Assembly: GCA_963792275.1 (NCBI GenBank)
Contig: CAWBVQ010000016.1
Span: 28,947-92,946 of the forward strand
Direction: 5' to 3'
Length of the DNA stretch: 64,000 nucleotides
Source: an uncultured delta proteobacterium
Lineage (GTDB): Bacteria > Myxococcota > Myxococcia > Myxococcales > 40CM-4-68-19
Part shown: in pieces, positions 49,539 to 58,276 of the stretch
Numbering within the stretch: position 1 is the stretch's first letter
How the letters are laid out: every line of letters starts with the position of its first letter
Translations under genes and position numbers: made by a program
The notes under the pieces: model-generated
What the model saw: the letters and a program-made list of their open reading frames with translations, nothing else
The model's database searches: none
Told to the model about the DNA's origin: nothing

Positions 49539-49885
49539 GATAGCTCGGCTTCACCGTCGCTGGACTGACCCACGAGAATCGGCAACACATTGTCCGTGAA
49601 CAGGTAGAGGAGGGCGACAAACTACTACTGCGTCGGGACCCCACCAACGAGTATGATACTGAACGCCATTCAGGTGCTCCTGGAAGACGGCACACAACTC
49701 GGCTTTGTGCCTGCGAAGAAGGACGTGACCGGCAATCGCGAGGAGGGGAAGACTGTTCTGATCTCGCCCGCGCGATGGACCTCGGTGCCCGATGCGAGTT
49801 GTCCTGCTACCGCGTATTCAGCCTGGAAGACGAGCGGTCAATCCTGCTGGTTCACGCCGTCCGGCAGGCCTACGCTCTGAAGTGA
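49486..49885 (+). pseudogene. small HIRAN-domain protein, 3 frame breaks
   Basis: AAGGAGG-tga-ATG at 49486. MARPSATPGSAATPSGIRIA | GFTVAGLTHENRQHIVREQVEEGDKLLLRRDPTNEYD | NAIQVLLEDGTQLGFVPAKKDV... | ...ARAMDLGARCELSCYRVFSL.... The pattern (L.R.P.N.YD.NAI.V....G..lGfvP) fits HIRAN. Confidence 0.55.
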
Positions 49886-50060
49886 GCACGCCAGGGATAC
49901 CCACGGAGGCGATGCGGCATCGCCGCATCCGCGAGGTTGCATCCACCGATCGCGGAGCCAAGCTGGTTTCCGGGTGCTCCTCTGAATCAGCGCCGTAGAT
50001 CCTGCCCGCACTCGTGCAGTGCTGGCCCATGCGTCGCGGCGCTCGTATAGTCTTGGGTCG

Positions 50061-50354
50061 ATGAGGCGCGACCAGGCGATCGCAACCCTGCGCGGTTACC
50101 TGCCGGCACTCCGGCGGGACTTCCACGTCCGCCGAATGGCTCTGTTCGGGTCCACCGCACGCGGCGAGGCGCGCCACGACAGCGATCTCGACGTTCTGGT
50201 CGAGTTCGACGTGACTCCCACGCTCGACGTGTTCATGGGCCTGAAGTTCTTCCTCGAGGACCATATCGGCCGGAAAGATCGATTGGTCACCCCTGACGCG
50301 CTCAAGCCGCGCATGCGTCCTGTCGTCGAGCGCGAGGCTGTCGATGTCACCTGA
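50061..50354 (+). CDS. MNT-type nucleotidyltransferase (antitoxin of an MNT/HEPN pair)
   Basis: ORF 50019..50354, ATG at 50061. Motif LFGSTARGEARHDSDLDVLV. Confidence 0.8.
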   Translation: MRRDQAIATLRGYLPALRRDFHVRRMALFGSTARGEARHDSDLDVLVEFDVTPTLDVFMGLKFFLEDHIGRKDRLVTPDALKPRMRPVVEREAVDVT

Positions 50355-50694
50355 CTCGGCGCGCGACTGGCGGCTGTACGCCGACGACATTCTCGAGGCC
50401 TGCGGCAGGATTCGCCGCGCCGTCGCGGGCGTGACGCTGGACGTGTTCCGAGAGGACGAACTCCGGCGTGACGCCGTCTCGCGGAACATCGAAATCATCG
50501 GCGAGGCCGCGAAACACGTTCCGGACGACGTGGCCGCAAGAGCGCCAGAAATCGCGTGGCGCAACGTTCGCGGGATGCGAGACGTTCTCGCACACGGATA
50601 CTTCGGCGTGTCGGTGGAGATTCTCTGGGCGACCGCCACGACGAAGATCGATGAGATCGAAGGTGCGGTTCGCAAGCTGCTCGCACCCACGTAG
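50344..50694 (+). CDS. HEPN/DUF86 (HepT-like) toxin
   Basis: ORF 50344..50694. R-x4-H motif in MRDVLAHGY. An 11-nt overlap with the MNT gene. Confidence 0.8.
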   Translation: MSPDSARDWRLYADDILEACGRIRRAVAGVTLDVFREDELRRDAVSRNIEIIGEAAKHVPDDVAARAPEIAWRNVRGMRDVLAHGYFGVSVEILWATATTKIDEIEGAVRKLLAPT

Positions 50695-50765
50695 AAGTGC
50701 GCGAACCCAAACGACGGCGTAACGCTCTGTCGATGGGGTCCGTGAGCTCGCGGACCGGTTGCCGT

Positions 50766-50855
50766 GGACTGCACGACGCGTACATCGCGGCGCTCGCGAT
50801 CGGTTGGCCGCGCGCGACGGCCCTGCTGACCATCAGGTCGTGGTCGGAGGGTGAG
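50766..50855 (+). pseudogene. possible PIN-domain (VapC-like) C-terminal remnant
   Basis: ORF 50697..51254 contains GLHDAYIAALAIGWPRATALLT, resembling the VapC C-terminal pattern D..IAA.A......L.T. No N-terminal part was found. Confidence 0.2.
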
Positions 50856-50970
50856 GACCGAGAGCAGCGTGGCCGGGATCAGCCTGAACGGCCTCGTCTC
50901 CACCTTGGCCGCGTGCGCAGGGTGTCCGCTGCCGGTCGTGCGCGGCGTCCGCTGCGTTATCATTCGAGCC

Positions 50971-51857
50971 ATGGAGGACACCGACCATGCCCCAATGATT
51001 GCGATCGCCATGATGGCAGCGCGCGCCGACGGCCGGGTGGACAGTGTGGAACAGCGGGCGGTCGATGCGGTCGTGGCCCGGACCGGCAGTCCGGACGTGA
51101 CCGGTCTCGCGCAGCAGGTTGCCGCGGGGCAGCTGCGCATTCCGGATCTGGCCTCGCGCTTGTCGGACGACGGGCGCGCCGGGCCGCCTGGAAGGCGCGC
51201 TGGCCATCGTCAACGCCGACGGCCCCGCCAACACAGCGGAGCAGGCATTTCTGAGCGAGCTCCGTGCGGCGCGGGGTTCAGCGACGCAGACGTGGCCGAG
51301 TCGAGCCGCACGGCGAGCGCCCTCGCGCGCACCCCGCTCGCCGCAGGCGCGCTGTCCGCCGCGCCCCTGGACGAGCTCATCCTCCAGCAGGCCATTCTCA
51401 CCGGCGCGCTCGAGGTGCTGCCGGACCGCCTGGCGAACCTCGCCATCCTGCCGCTCCAGCTCCGTCTCGTCTATCAGATCGGCCAGCGGCGCGAGCAGAA
51501 GCTCGACGCGAACCAGGTCGAGGACCCCGCCGCCACCCTTGGCCTGGGTGCCGCCGCGCAGGGCGTGGAGGGCGTGGCGATGAAACTGATCGGCGGACTG
51601 GGGGGGCCTCTTGGGCGGAATCTTCGGCGGGGCTACGGCGTCGCCACCGGCGCCGTCACTTTCTCCGCGACCTACGCCTCGGCCATGTGGCGGAGCAGTA
51701 CTACGCGCAGGGCAGGCGACTCGACAGCGCCGACCTGCGAAAGTTGTTCGTCCGCTTCGAGGCGAAAACGATCTATCCAGGGTGCGAGGAGCGGATCGAG
51801 CGGCAGGCCAGCACCTTGAATCTGCAGAGCCTCCTGCAGGGGTTCCGCAACGGCTGA
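50971..51857 (+). pseudogene. TerB-like (tellurite-resistance/DjlA_N-type helical) domain protein with Gly-rich C-terminal segment, about 5 frame breaks
   Basis: MEDTDHAPMIAIAMMAARADGRVDSVEQRAV... | ...RLEGALAIVNADGPANTAEQAFLSELRAA | GFSDADV...LPLQLRLVYQIGQR... | GLLGGIFGGAT | ...GAVTFSATYA | LGHVAEQYYAQGRRLDSADLRKLF.... The repeated A.ADG...E..fl pattern suggests TerB. Confidence 0.45.
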
Positions 51858-52405
51858 TCACCCGCCCGTTGGTACTCCCCGCCAGGGCATCAGGCGCGGA
51901 ATCCAGCGCGGCACCGCTTTGCGGAACGCCTGGTACCCAGGCCCGAACGACTCGGCGAGCCTCGGCTCCTCGTACACCAGAACCCAGAAGTGGAACATCA
52001 ACCAGACGGCCGCGTCATAGAGGAGCAGCTTCCCGCTTCCAAGAAGGAGGGCCTCGCCCGCGATGGTCGATACGACCGCGCAGACATCGGATTGCGGACG
52101 AACCGGTAGAGACCCGTCACCACGAGGGTGCGCGGCGGCAGCACCGGCGCAGGCGTGCCCAGTCCTTCCACCGCGAATCGCCGGAAGCAATCGAACAGGC
52201 CCAGCACACCGAGCGCGAAGAAGCACGCCTCCCGTGACCTGGAGCGCCGCGATGCCGAGGAAGGCCGGCCCCACCGACCAGCGCGTGAGCCTCCAGGGCA
52301 CAAGCCCGCCAGGGTTCCCGGCGCGATGGCCAGGAAGAGGGCAGAGCCGGCGAGCGCGGTCGCCCTCGCCTTCCAATCGGCCGGGCCGCGCGCGACCGCC
52401 CTCAC
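51858..52405 (-). pseudogene. isoprenylcysteine carboxyl methyltransferase (ICMT/PEMT)-family membrane methyltransferase, 3 frame breaks
   Basis: Alternating segments of ORFs 51998..52405 and 51858..52376: ...TGLYRFVRNPM | ...AVVSTIAGEALLLGS...WVLVYEEPRLAESFGPGYQAFRKAVPRWIP. GTG at 52405 overlaps the P450 stop (GTGA). Confidence 0.6.
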
Positions 52406-53731
52406 CTCGGCCGCAGCTGTACTTGGAGTCCGCTGGCCGGCGTGGCGAAGAGCTTGCCGCGGGTCGGCGCAGGGTCCTGATCCTCCGTCGACCAGTCGAA
52501 CCGACGCAGCATGTGGACGGCGAAGGCCTTGAGCATCAGCGTGGCCAGGGCCTCACCGGCGCAGCGGTGCCCTTCGGCGTGGATGCCGCCTCCGTGCGGG
52601 ATCCAGGCCTTGCGCTGCCGGTCGGAGGCCTCCAGCCAGCGGTCGGGATCGAACCTGCCCGGATCGGGATAGATGCCGGCGTCCTGCAAGGTGGGGCCGA
52701 TGCAGCCCACCGCCTTGTATCCCTTGGGGATGCGCACGCCGTCGAAAGCGCAGTCGCGCACCACCTTGCCGAAGAAGGTGATGGGAAGGACCGGCGCCAC
52801 CCGCCGCGACTCCTTGCAGACGCGGTCCAGGTAGTCCAGCTTCTCCAGCGCAGCCAGGGTGAGCGGGCCCGACGGGGCCACTTGTTCGATCTCCTCGCGC
52901 GCCTTCTTGCGCACGTCCGCGTGGCGCCCCAGGCACTGCGCGAGGAAGGCGAGGCCGCCGATCACGGCGGCGTAGGCGCCGAAGAAATGGAAGGTCTCGA
53001 TCCGCACCTCCTCGCGCGACAGCCGCTCGGATCCGTCGCGGGCCGCGAGCAGGCGCGAGAGGACGTCCTCCCGCGGGGCGGTCTCGTGTTGGACGATGGC
53101 CTCGTCGATGACCGTCAAGAGATACCTGCGCGCCGCCAGCGCGCGGGTGAAGGGCGTGAAGGGAAGCTTGAGCGGCAGCGAGAGGATGCCGGCGGCAACG
53201 CGGCCGAAAGCGATCTCGATGCTCCGGTCTCCGCCCTGGCCGTCGGCGCCGACGAAGAGCGCCCCTGCGATGGCGAAGCCCAGCGTGTTCAGCTCCGGCA
53301 CCCAGGCGAATCTGCCCAGCCCCGCCCAGCGGTCCGCGAAGCGATCGACGATCCGCTCGATGGTGGGCAGGTACTCCGGCCAGCGCGTCCGGGGTGAAGG
53401 CCTGCATCAAGAGGCGCTTGCGCCGGCGCTGCGCGGCGCCGTCGAGGAAGGGGACCGCCTGGGGATCGAAGATCTCCTCGACGTGCGGCGGATTCGCTCC
53501 GGCGCGCTGGACGTTGCGGTCGTCGAGGACGATGGCGAAGGCCTCGGGCCCGACGAAGCACGCGGTCGGGTGGCCGAAGACGTCGATGCGGAAGACGGGC
53601 CCCAACTCCCGCGCGCGACCTTCGAGGAAGCCGGCCGGATCGCGCACGAACGCGAGCGTGTCGCCGATGAGGGGTAGCGAAGAGCGCGACGGCAGCGCGC
53701 GCAGGGCGGCGTCGGATACGAGCTCGGCCAT
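52402..53731 (-). pseudogene. cytochrome P450, one frameshift near 53380
   Basis: N-terminal part from ORF 52553..53779 (ATG 53731, MAELVSDAAL...LMQAFTPDAL). It continues in ORF 52402..53301. Heme loop WIPHGGGIHAEGHRCAGEAL. Confidence 0.8.
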
Positions 53732-53942
53732 GGGAATGTCCTCCGGCGCTCGTGTACTGCAACCGGACCGCCCTGTCACTCGCGCGAGAACGCCCGTCTT
53801 CTGCAGGTACGCATCGCCTCATGAACCCAGAAGTGCCCAGCAAGGACGCTTCCGTAGGTCGACGACGCTCGATCGTTGCACAAGATTTCAGCTGGTGTGA
53901 TGTGCGCCCGGCCACAGGTCCAAGAGGCAAAGGAGCCCCACC

Positions 53943-54407
53943 ATGCGCCTCTCATTCCTGGTCCTCGTCCCCATGCTCTCCGGCTGCATCGCCTACGTGA
54001 CCCGGATGGGGGGCGACGCAAACGGCGGCGAATTCCGCCTGGAAGCCGAGGATTCCTATGCCCTGCGCCTCGGGATCCGCGCCGCGCTCGACGAGATTGG
54101 CAAGGAATGCCAGGGCGAATACGAAATCACCTCGGTCGATCTCCGGCCGGTCGCCTCCCTGAGGTCATTTTTCGTCACGCCGAACGGCGTCGTCGGCCAG
54201 GGAGCGCTGGGCACCTGGCTCATCTACTCCTGCGGGCCGGCAGCAGAAGGCGAGCTGAGGCGCATCCTCGCCGACGTCGCCGATGGCGTGCGGCTAGACC
54301 CCACCGGCCGTCGCGTGGTGTTCGACCCCGTCCAGCAGCGTAAGAGCGAATGCCGCGGGGTCGCTGAGTTGGGCTGCATCTCCGGACCCTGCCCAACGGA
54401 CTGCTAG
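53943..54407 (+). CDS. hypothetical lipoprotein
   Basis: ORF 53943..54407. MRLSFLVLVPMLSGC lipobox. Confidence 0.6.
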   Translation: MRLSFLVLVPMLSGCIAYVTRMGGDANGGEFRLEAEDSYALRLGIRAALDEIGKECQGEYEITSVDLRPVASLRSFFVTPNGVVGQGALGTWLIYSCGPAAEGELRRILADVADGVRLDPTGRRVVFDPVQQRKSECRGVAELGCISGPCPTDC

Positions 54408-54615
54408 TGGATCTCCGCGAGCCCTGACGCGCGCTCGTCGGCTGTCGGCGCTCTCACGACTGCGGGAATTCGTAGCGTTCGACGCGTCCAACCTTCGCGA
54501 TTGCCTGCTGCACGTCCGCGCGGGCGCGGAATGCGCGCGAACGAGCATTCCGTGCGGGTGCCGTTCGCTCTCGCGCGGTGGCAGAATCGCGCTCGAGCCC
54601 AGAAAGGAGCCAAGC

Positions 54616-55110
54616 ATGGCCTCGACAGGAAAATCGAAGATCTTCACCTTCCTCTGGTACGCGAAGGAGGCGGAGGACGCCGCGCGCTTCTACACGTCGA
54701 TCTTCCCGGACTCGCGGGTCGATCGCGTCACGCCGATGTTGAGCGACTCACCCAGCGGGCCGCCCGGGTCCGTCAAGGTCGTCGACTTCACGCTCTTCGG
54801 GCAGCGCTTTCAGGCGATGACCGCCGGGCCCCACCACGACTTCAACGACGCCATTTCCATCATGGTGCTGTGCGACGACCAGGCGGAGGTGGATCGTTAC
54901 TGGAACGCGCTGCTGGAGGGAGGCGGCAAGCCGCAAGCCTGCGGGTGGCTCATCGACCGATTCGGGCTCCGCTGGCAGATCGTCCCGACGCGCATGGACG
55001 AGATGATGCGCGACAGGGATCCCGCCCGGTCGAAGAGGGTCACCGACGCCATGCTGAAGATGGTGAAGCTCGACGTCGCGGCGCTCGAGAAGGCATACCG
55101 AGGTCAGTAG
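54616..55110 (+). CDS. VOC/PhnB-like (3-demethylubiquinone methyltransferase-domain) family protein
   Basis: ORF 54616..55110. KIFTFLWY..EAEDAARFYTSIF...CGWLIDRFGLRWQIVP. AAAGGAG RBS upstream. Confidence 0.7.
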   Translation: MASTGKSKIFTFLWYAKEAEDAARFYTSIFPDSRVDRVTPMLSDSPSGPPGSVKVVDFTLFGQRFQAMTAGPHHDFNDAISIMVLCDDQAEVDRYWNALLEGGGKPQACGWLIDRFGLRWQIVPTRMDEMMRDRDPARSKRVTDAMLKMVKLDVAALEKAYRGQ

Positions 55111-55310
55111 GGCGTGAGGGGTGTGCGCCCATGCACGAGCCCGTTCCTGCCGACGCGACGCACCCCGCGCCACAGCAGCCGCGTTTCGCCCCGTCCGGAA
55201 CAGGTTCGCGCATTGAGGGCGCTTTGGATGTCCCCGTACTCTTTCGGAAACCACCCCCAAGCGATCGCTACCGGCGCATCCGCACGGGGCTCGCTTTCCG
55301 GAGGCAGCAA

Positions 55311-55892
55311 ATGAAGAAGATGACGATCGCAATGGCTGTCCTGTTCTGTACTTCCTTCGCGGCGCGCGCCGAGAGCACCCGCCGCTCGACCCACATCCAG
55401 AACCCCAACACCCAGGATCAGAAGTTCATCGTCGGCGTCGACGGCGACTTCGGCATTCCGCTCGGCAACTACAGCGACGTGAACGGCGTCGGCGGCAGCC
55501 TGATGCTGACCGGCGAGTACCCGGTGATGCCGGAGCTGGGCCTGACCGCCCGCGTGGGCTTCCAGTATCACTCGGACAAGGACCTCGGGGCAGGCGTGAG
55601 CGGGCACGTGCACTCCATCCCGTTCCTCTTCGGCGCCAAGTACTACTTCATGCCCCAGCACCAGGGCCTGTTCGGCGCGGCGGAGCTCGGCCTCTTCGAC
55701 CTGATGGCCGGCGCGTCGCAGGGCGGGGTCTCGGCGACCGACAGCCAGGTGAAGTTCGGCATGGGCGTCGGCGTGGGCTACCAGATGAAGCAGTGGAATG
55801 CCCGCGTGAACCTGCACTCGCAGGACGTGGGCAGCTTCGGCGACTCGATGATGGTGACCGCGGGCATCGGTTACCAGTTCGCCGGGTTCTAG
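55311..55892 (+). CDS. small outer-membrane beta-barrel protein
   Basis: C-terminal 193 aa of ORF 54501..55892. Signal peptide MKKMTIAMAVLFCTSFAARA, alternating beta-strand pattern and a terminal ...GIGYQFAGF. Confidence 0.7.
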   Translation: MKKMTIAMAVLFCTSFAARAESTRRSTHIQNPNTQDQKFIVGVDGDFGIPLGNYSDVNGVGGSLMLTGEYPVMPELGLTARVGFQYHSDKDLGAGVSGHVHSIPFLFGAKYYFMPQHQGLFGAAELGLFDLMAGASQGGVSATDSQVKFGMGVGVGYQMKQWNARVNLHSQDVGSFGDSMMVTAGIGYQFAGF

Positions 55893-55916
55893 CTTTTCGC
55901 GTATCTGAGTTTCGAG

Positions 55917-55952
55917 CGGGGGCGTGCCATCCGGCGCGCCCCCGTTTTTTTT
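55917..55952 (+). terminator. rho-independent terminator after the OMP gene
   Basis: Stem CGGGGGCG (55917-55924) pairs with CGCCCCCG (55937-55944), with a 12-nt loop, followed by T8 (55945-55952). Confidence 0.75.
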
Positions 55953-56011
55953 GGGCCGTGGCGAAGGGTCGAGCGCCGCCCGCGGCGCGAGACTCTGCTA
56001 CGCTGGCGAAG

Positions 56012-56866
56012 ATGGAAGCGCAGGTGCTCGCCCGCGCGCTCGGCATGACGGTGCTCGATTTCCGGTGCCGGGCGGGCGTGCACCGCTTCGGAGCCGAAGA
56101 GCCGACCCTCACGCATCAGCTCGTGCTGGTGCGCCGAGGCGTTTTCCAGCGGCTGGCGGGAGTCGAGGCCGTCGTCGCCGACGCGCATCACGTGCTCTTC
56201 TACAACGCCGGTGAGAGCTACCGGTACGCGCATCCATTGCCGGGCGGCGACGACTGCACCGTCATCGACATTCCCGAGGAGCTGGCGCGCGAGCTGGTGG
56301 CCGGCGCCGATCCCCGGCGTGCGCAGACGGTCTCCGCCCCGTTCCGCTTCGGGCATCAGGTCGGCTCCCGCGCGGTGCTGCACCTGCACTACGAGCTCCT
56401 GGCGCGCCTGCGGCAGGCGAGCAGCGGCCTTGCCGCCGAGGACGTGCTGGCGCAGCTCGCCACCACGGCAATCGCCCATGCTTACAGCCAGCGCGGCCTC
56501 GGCACGGTCTCGCCGCGCACCAGCTCCCGCGTCCTCCGCAGCCGCCGTGAGCTCTGCGAGGAGATCAAGCTCCTCCTCAACGCCAGGGTGGAAACTCCGC
56601 CGAGCCTCGGTGAGCTGGCGGCGAGCTTCGCCACTTCGCCCTTCCACCTCTCCCGGACTTTCGCGGGCACCGTCGGCATCAGCCTGCGCCGCTACCTCGC
56701 CGGCTTGCGGGCGCGCCTCGCTGCGGAGCGGCTGGCCGCGGGGGCTGCCGATCTCACCAGGCTCGCGCTCGACCTCGGCTTCGGCGATCACAGCCACTTC
56801 ACGCACGCCTTTCGCGCCGAGTGGGACGTGCCGCCCTCCGCCTTCCGCGCGCGGTTCCGACAGTAG
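56012..56866 (+). CDS. AraC-family transcriptional regulator
   Basis: ORF 55793..56866, ATG at 56012. C-terminal LGELAASFATSPFHLSRTF...LALDLGFGDHSHFTHAFR. Confidence 0.8.
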   Translation: MEAQVLARALGMTVLDFRCRAGVHRFGAEEPTLTHQLVLVRRGVFQRLAGVEAVVADAHHVLFYNAGESYRYAHPLPGGDDCTVIDIPEELARELVAGADPRRAQTVSAPFRFGHQVGSRAVLHLHYELLARLRQASSGLAAEDVLAQLATTAIAHAYSQRGLGTVSPRTSSRVLRSRRELCEEIKLLLNARVETPPSLGELAASFATSPFHLSRTFAGTVGISLRRYLAGLRARLAAERLAAGAADLTRLALDLGFGDHSHFTHAFRAEWDVPPSAFRARFRQ

Positions 56867-56948
56867 CGCGCAACAACCTACAAGCCGCCCCGCCCCGGCC
56901 GTCACAGACTGGGCCAGCGCGGCGTCGGTTGCCGCGCGAGGAGGTCAC

Positions 56949-57257
56949 GTGATCCTGCGCATGTGGCACGGCTACACGACGGCGGAAGCGGCCGACCGCT
57001 ATCAGCGCATGTTGCGCGAGGAGATCCTGCCGGGCATCCGCCGCGTCGAGGGTTACCGCGGCACCTGGCTCTTGCGCCGGCGGCTCGGCGGCGAGTTTGA
57101 GTTCGTCACGCTCACGCTCTGGGACTCGTGGGAGGCGATCCGCCGCTTCGCAGGCGAGGACCACGAGCGCGCGGTGATCGACCCCGCCGCCCACGAGCTG
57201 CTGACGCGCTGGGATGAGCGCTCGACGCACTTCGAGGCGGAATGGTCGCCGCCATGA
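56949..57257 (+). CDS. ABM (antibiotic biosynthesis monooxygenase)-like small protein
   Basis: Tail of ORF 56211..57257 from GTG 56949 with GGAGG upstream: VILRMWHGYTTAEAADRYQ...FVTLTLWDSWEAIRRFAG. Confidence 0.55.
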   Translation: MILRMWHGYTTAEAADRYQRMLREEILPGIRRVEGYRGTWLLRRRLGGEFEFVTLTLWDSWEAIRRFAGEDHERAVIDPAAHELLTRWDERSTHFEAEWSPP

Positions 57258-58207
57258 AGCGCGGCGGCCTCGCGCTGGCGCTCTTGCTGGTGCGGTCCGG
57301 CAGCGCCGCCCAAACCGCTCCGATGACGGCTGGGCCGGCCGCAGCCGTCGTCGAGGGCGCCGTGCCGCGCGACGGCTTCGACCTGCACTACCGGATCCTG
57401 GGCGCGTCCGGACCCCATCTGGTCGTGCTCAGCGGCGGACCCGGGGAGGAGGTGCGCTCGATGCAGGAGGTCTGCGACGAGCTGCGGAAGAGCCACCGCT
57501 GCATCCTGCTCGAGCAGCGCGGCACCGGCCGCTCGCGGCTCCGCGCCTACGACGCCACCACCATCAACCTGACTGCCTACGTCGAGGACCTGGAAGCGTT
57601 GCGCCGGCACCTGGGCCTCGAGCGCCTCACCCTTTTCGGCAACTCCTGGGGAATGATGCTCGCGCTCGCGTACGCAGGCTCGCATCCCCAGCGGGCCCGC
57701 GGCATCGTCGCTGCCGGATCGGGCCCGATCACCGCGCACTACCTGACCATCTTCGTCGACAACCAGCGCTCGCGGCTGCCGCCGGAGTCGCTGCGCGTGG
57801 TGGAGTTCTGGTCCGATCCGAAGCGGCGGCAAGCGGACCCGGAGCGAGCCACATTCGAACGAACGCGTGCCGCCGCGCCAGCCTACTTCTACGACCAGGC
57901 CAAGGCCTTCGTCTTCGCGCAGGAGATCCCCGCGGACGAATTCAATCCCAACGTCGTCCCGGCCTTCCTCCAGGCGGAGGGGCAGTTCGATCTGCGCCCC
58001 CTGTTGCGGCGCATCCAGGCGCCGGCGCTGCTGCTCCAGGGGCGTCAGGACCTGGCCGGTGAGGCCAACCTCATCGAGGCGCATGGCCTGGTGCGCGGCT
58101 CGCGGCTGGAGTGGATCGACCGGTGCGGCCACATGCCCTGGCTCGAGCAGCCGGCCGAGACCTGGAGGATCGTCGAGGAGTTTCTCGCCGGCCTCGGGCC
58201 GGAGTGA
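57254..58207 (+). CDS. secreted alpha/beta hydrolase (proline iminopeptidase-like)
   Basis: ORF 57242..58207. Signal peptide MKRGGLALALLLV, nucleophile elbow GNSWGM and a C-terminal CGHMPWLEQP. Confidence 0.8.
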   Translation: MKRGGLALALLLVRSGSAAQTAPMTAGPAAAVVEGAVPRDGFDLHYRILGASGPHLVVLSGGPGEEVRSMQEVCDELRKSHRCILLEQRGTGRSRLRAYDATTINLTAYVEDLEALRRHLGLERLTLFGNSWGMMLALAYAGSHPQRARGIVAAGSGPITAHYLTIFVDNQRSRLPPESLRVVEFWSDPKRRQADPERATFERTRAAAPAYFYDQAKAFVFAQEIPADEFNPNVVPAFLQAEGQFDLRPLLRRIQAPALLLQGRQDLAGEANLIEAHGLVRGSRLEWIDRCGHMPWLEQPAETWRIVEEFLAGLGPE

Positions 58208-58276
58208 GCGCGCCACCGTCCCATCGGGCTCTACATCGATTTCGCGGGAGTGCTAGGGTTCCGCCCGGGGTGAGCA

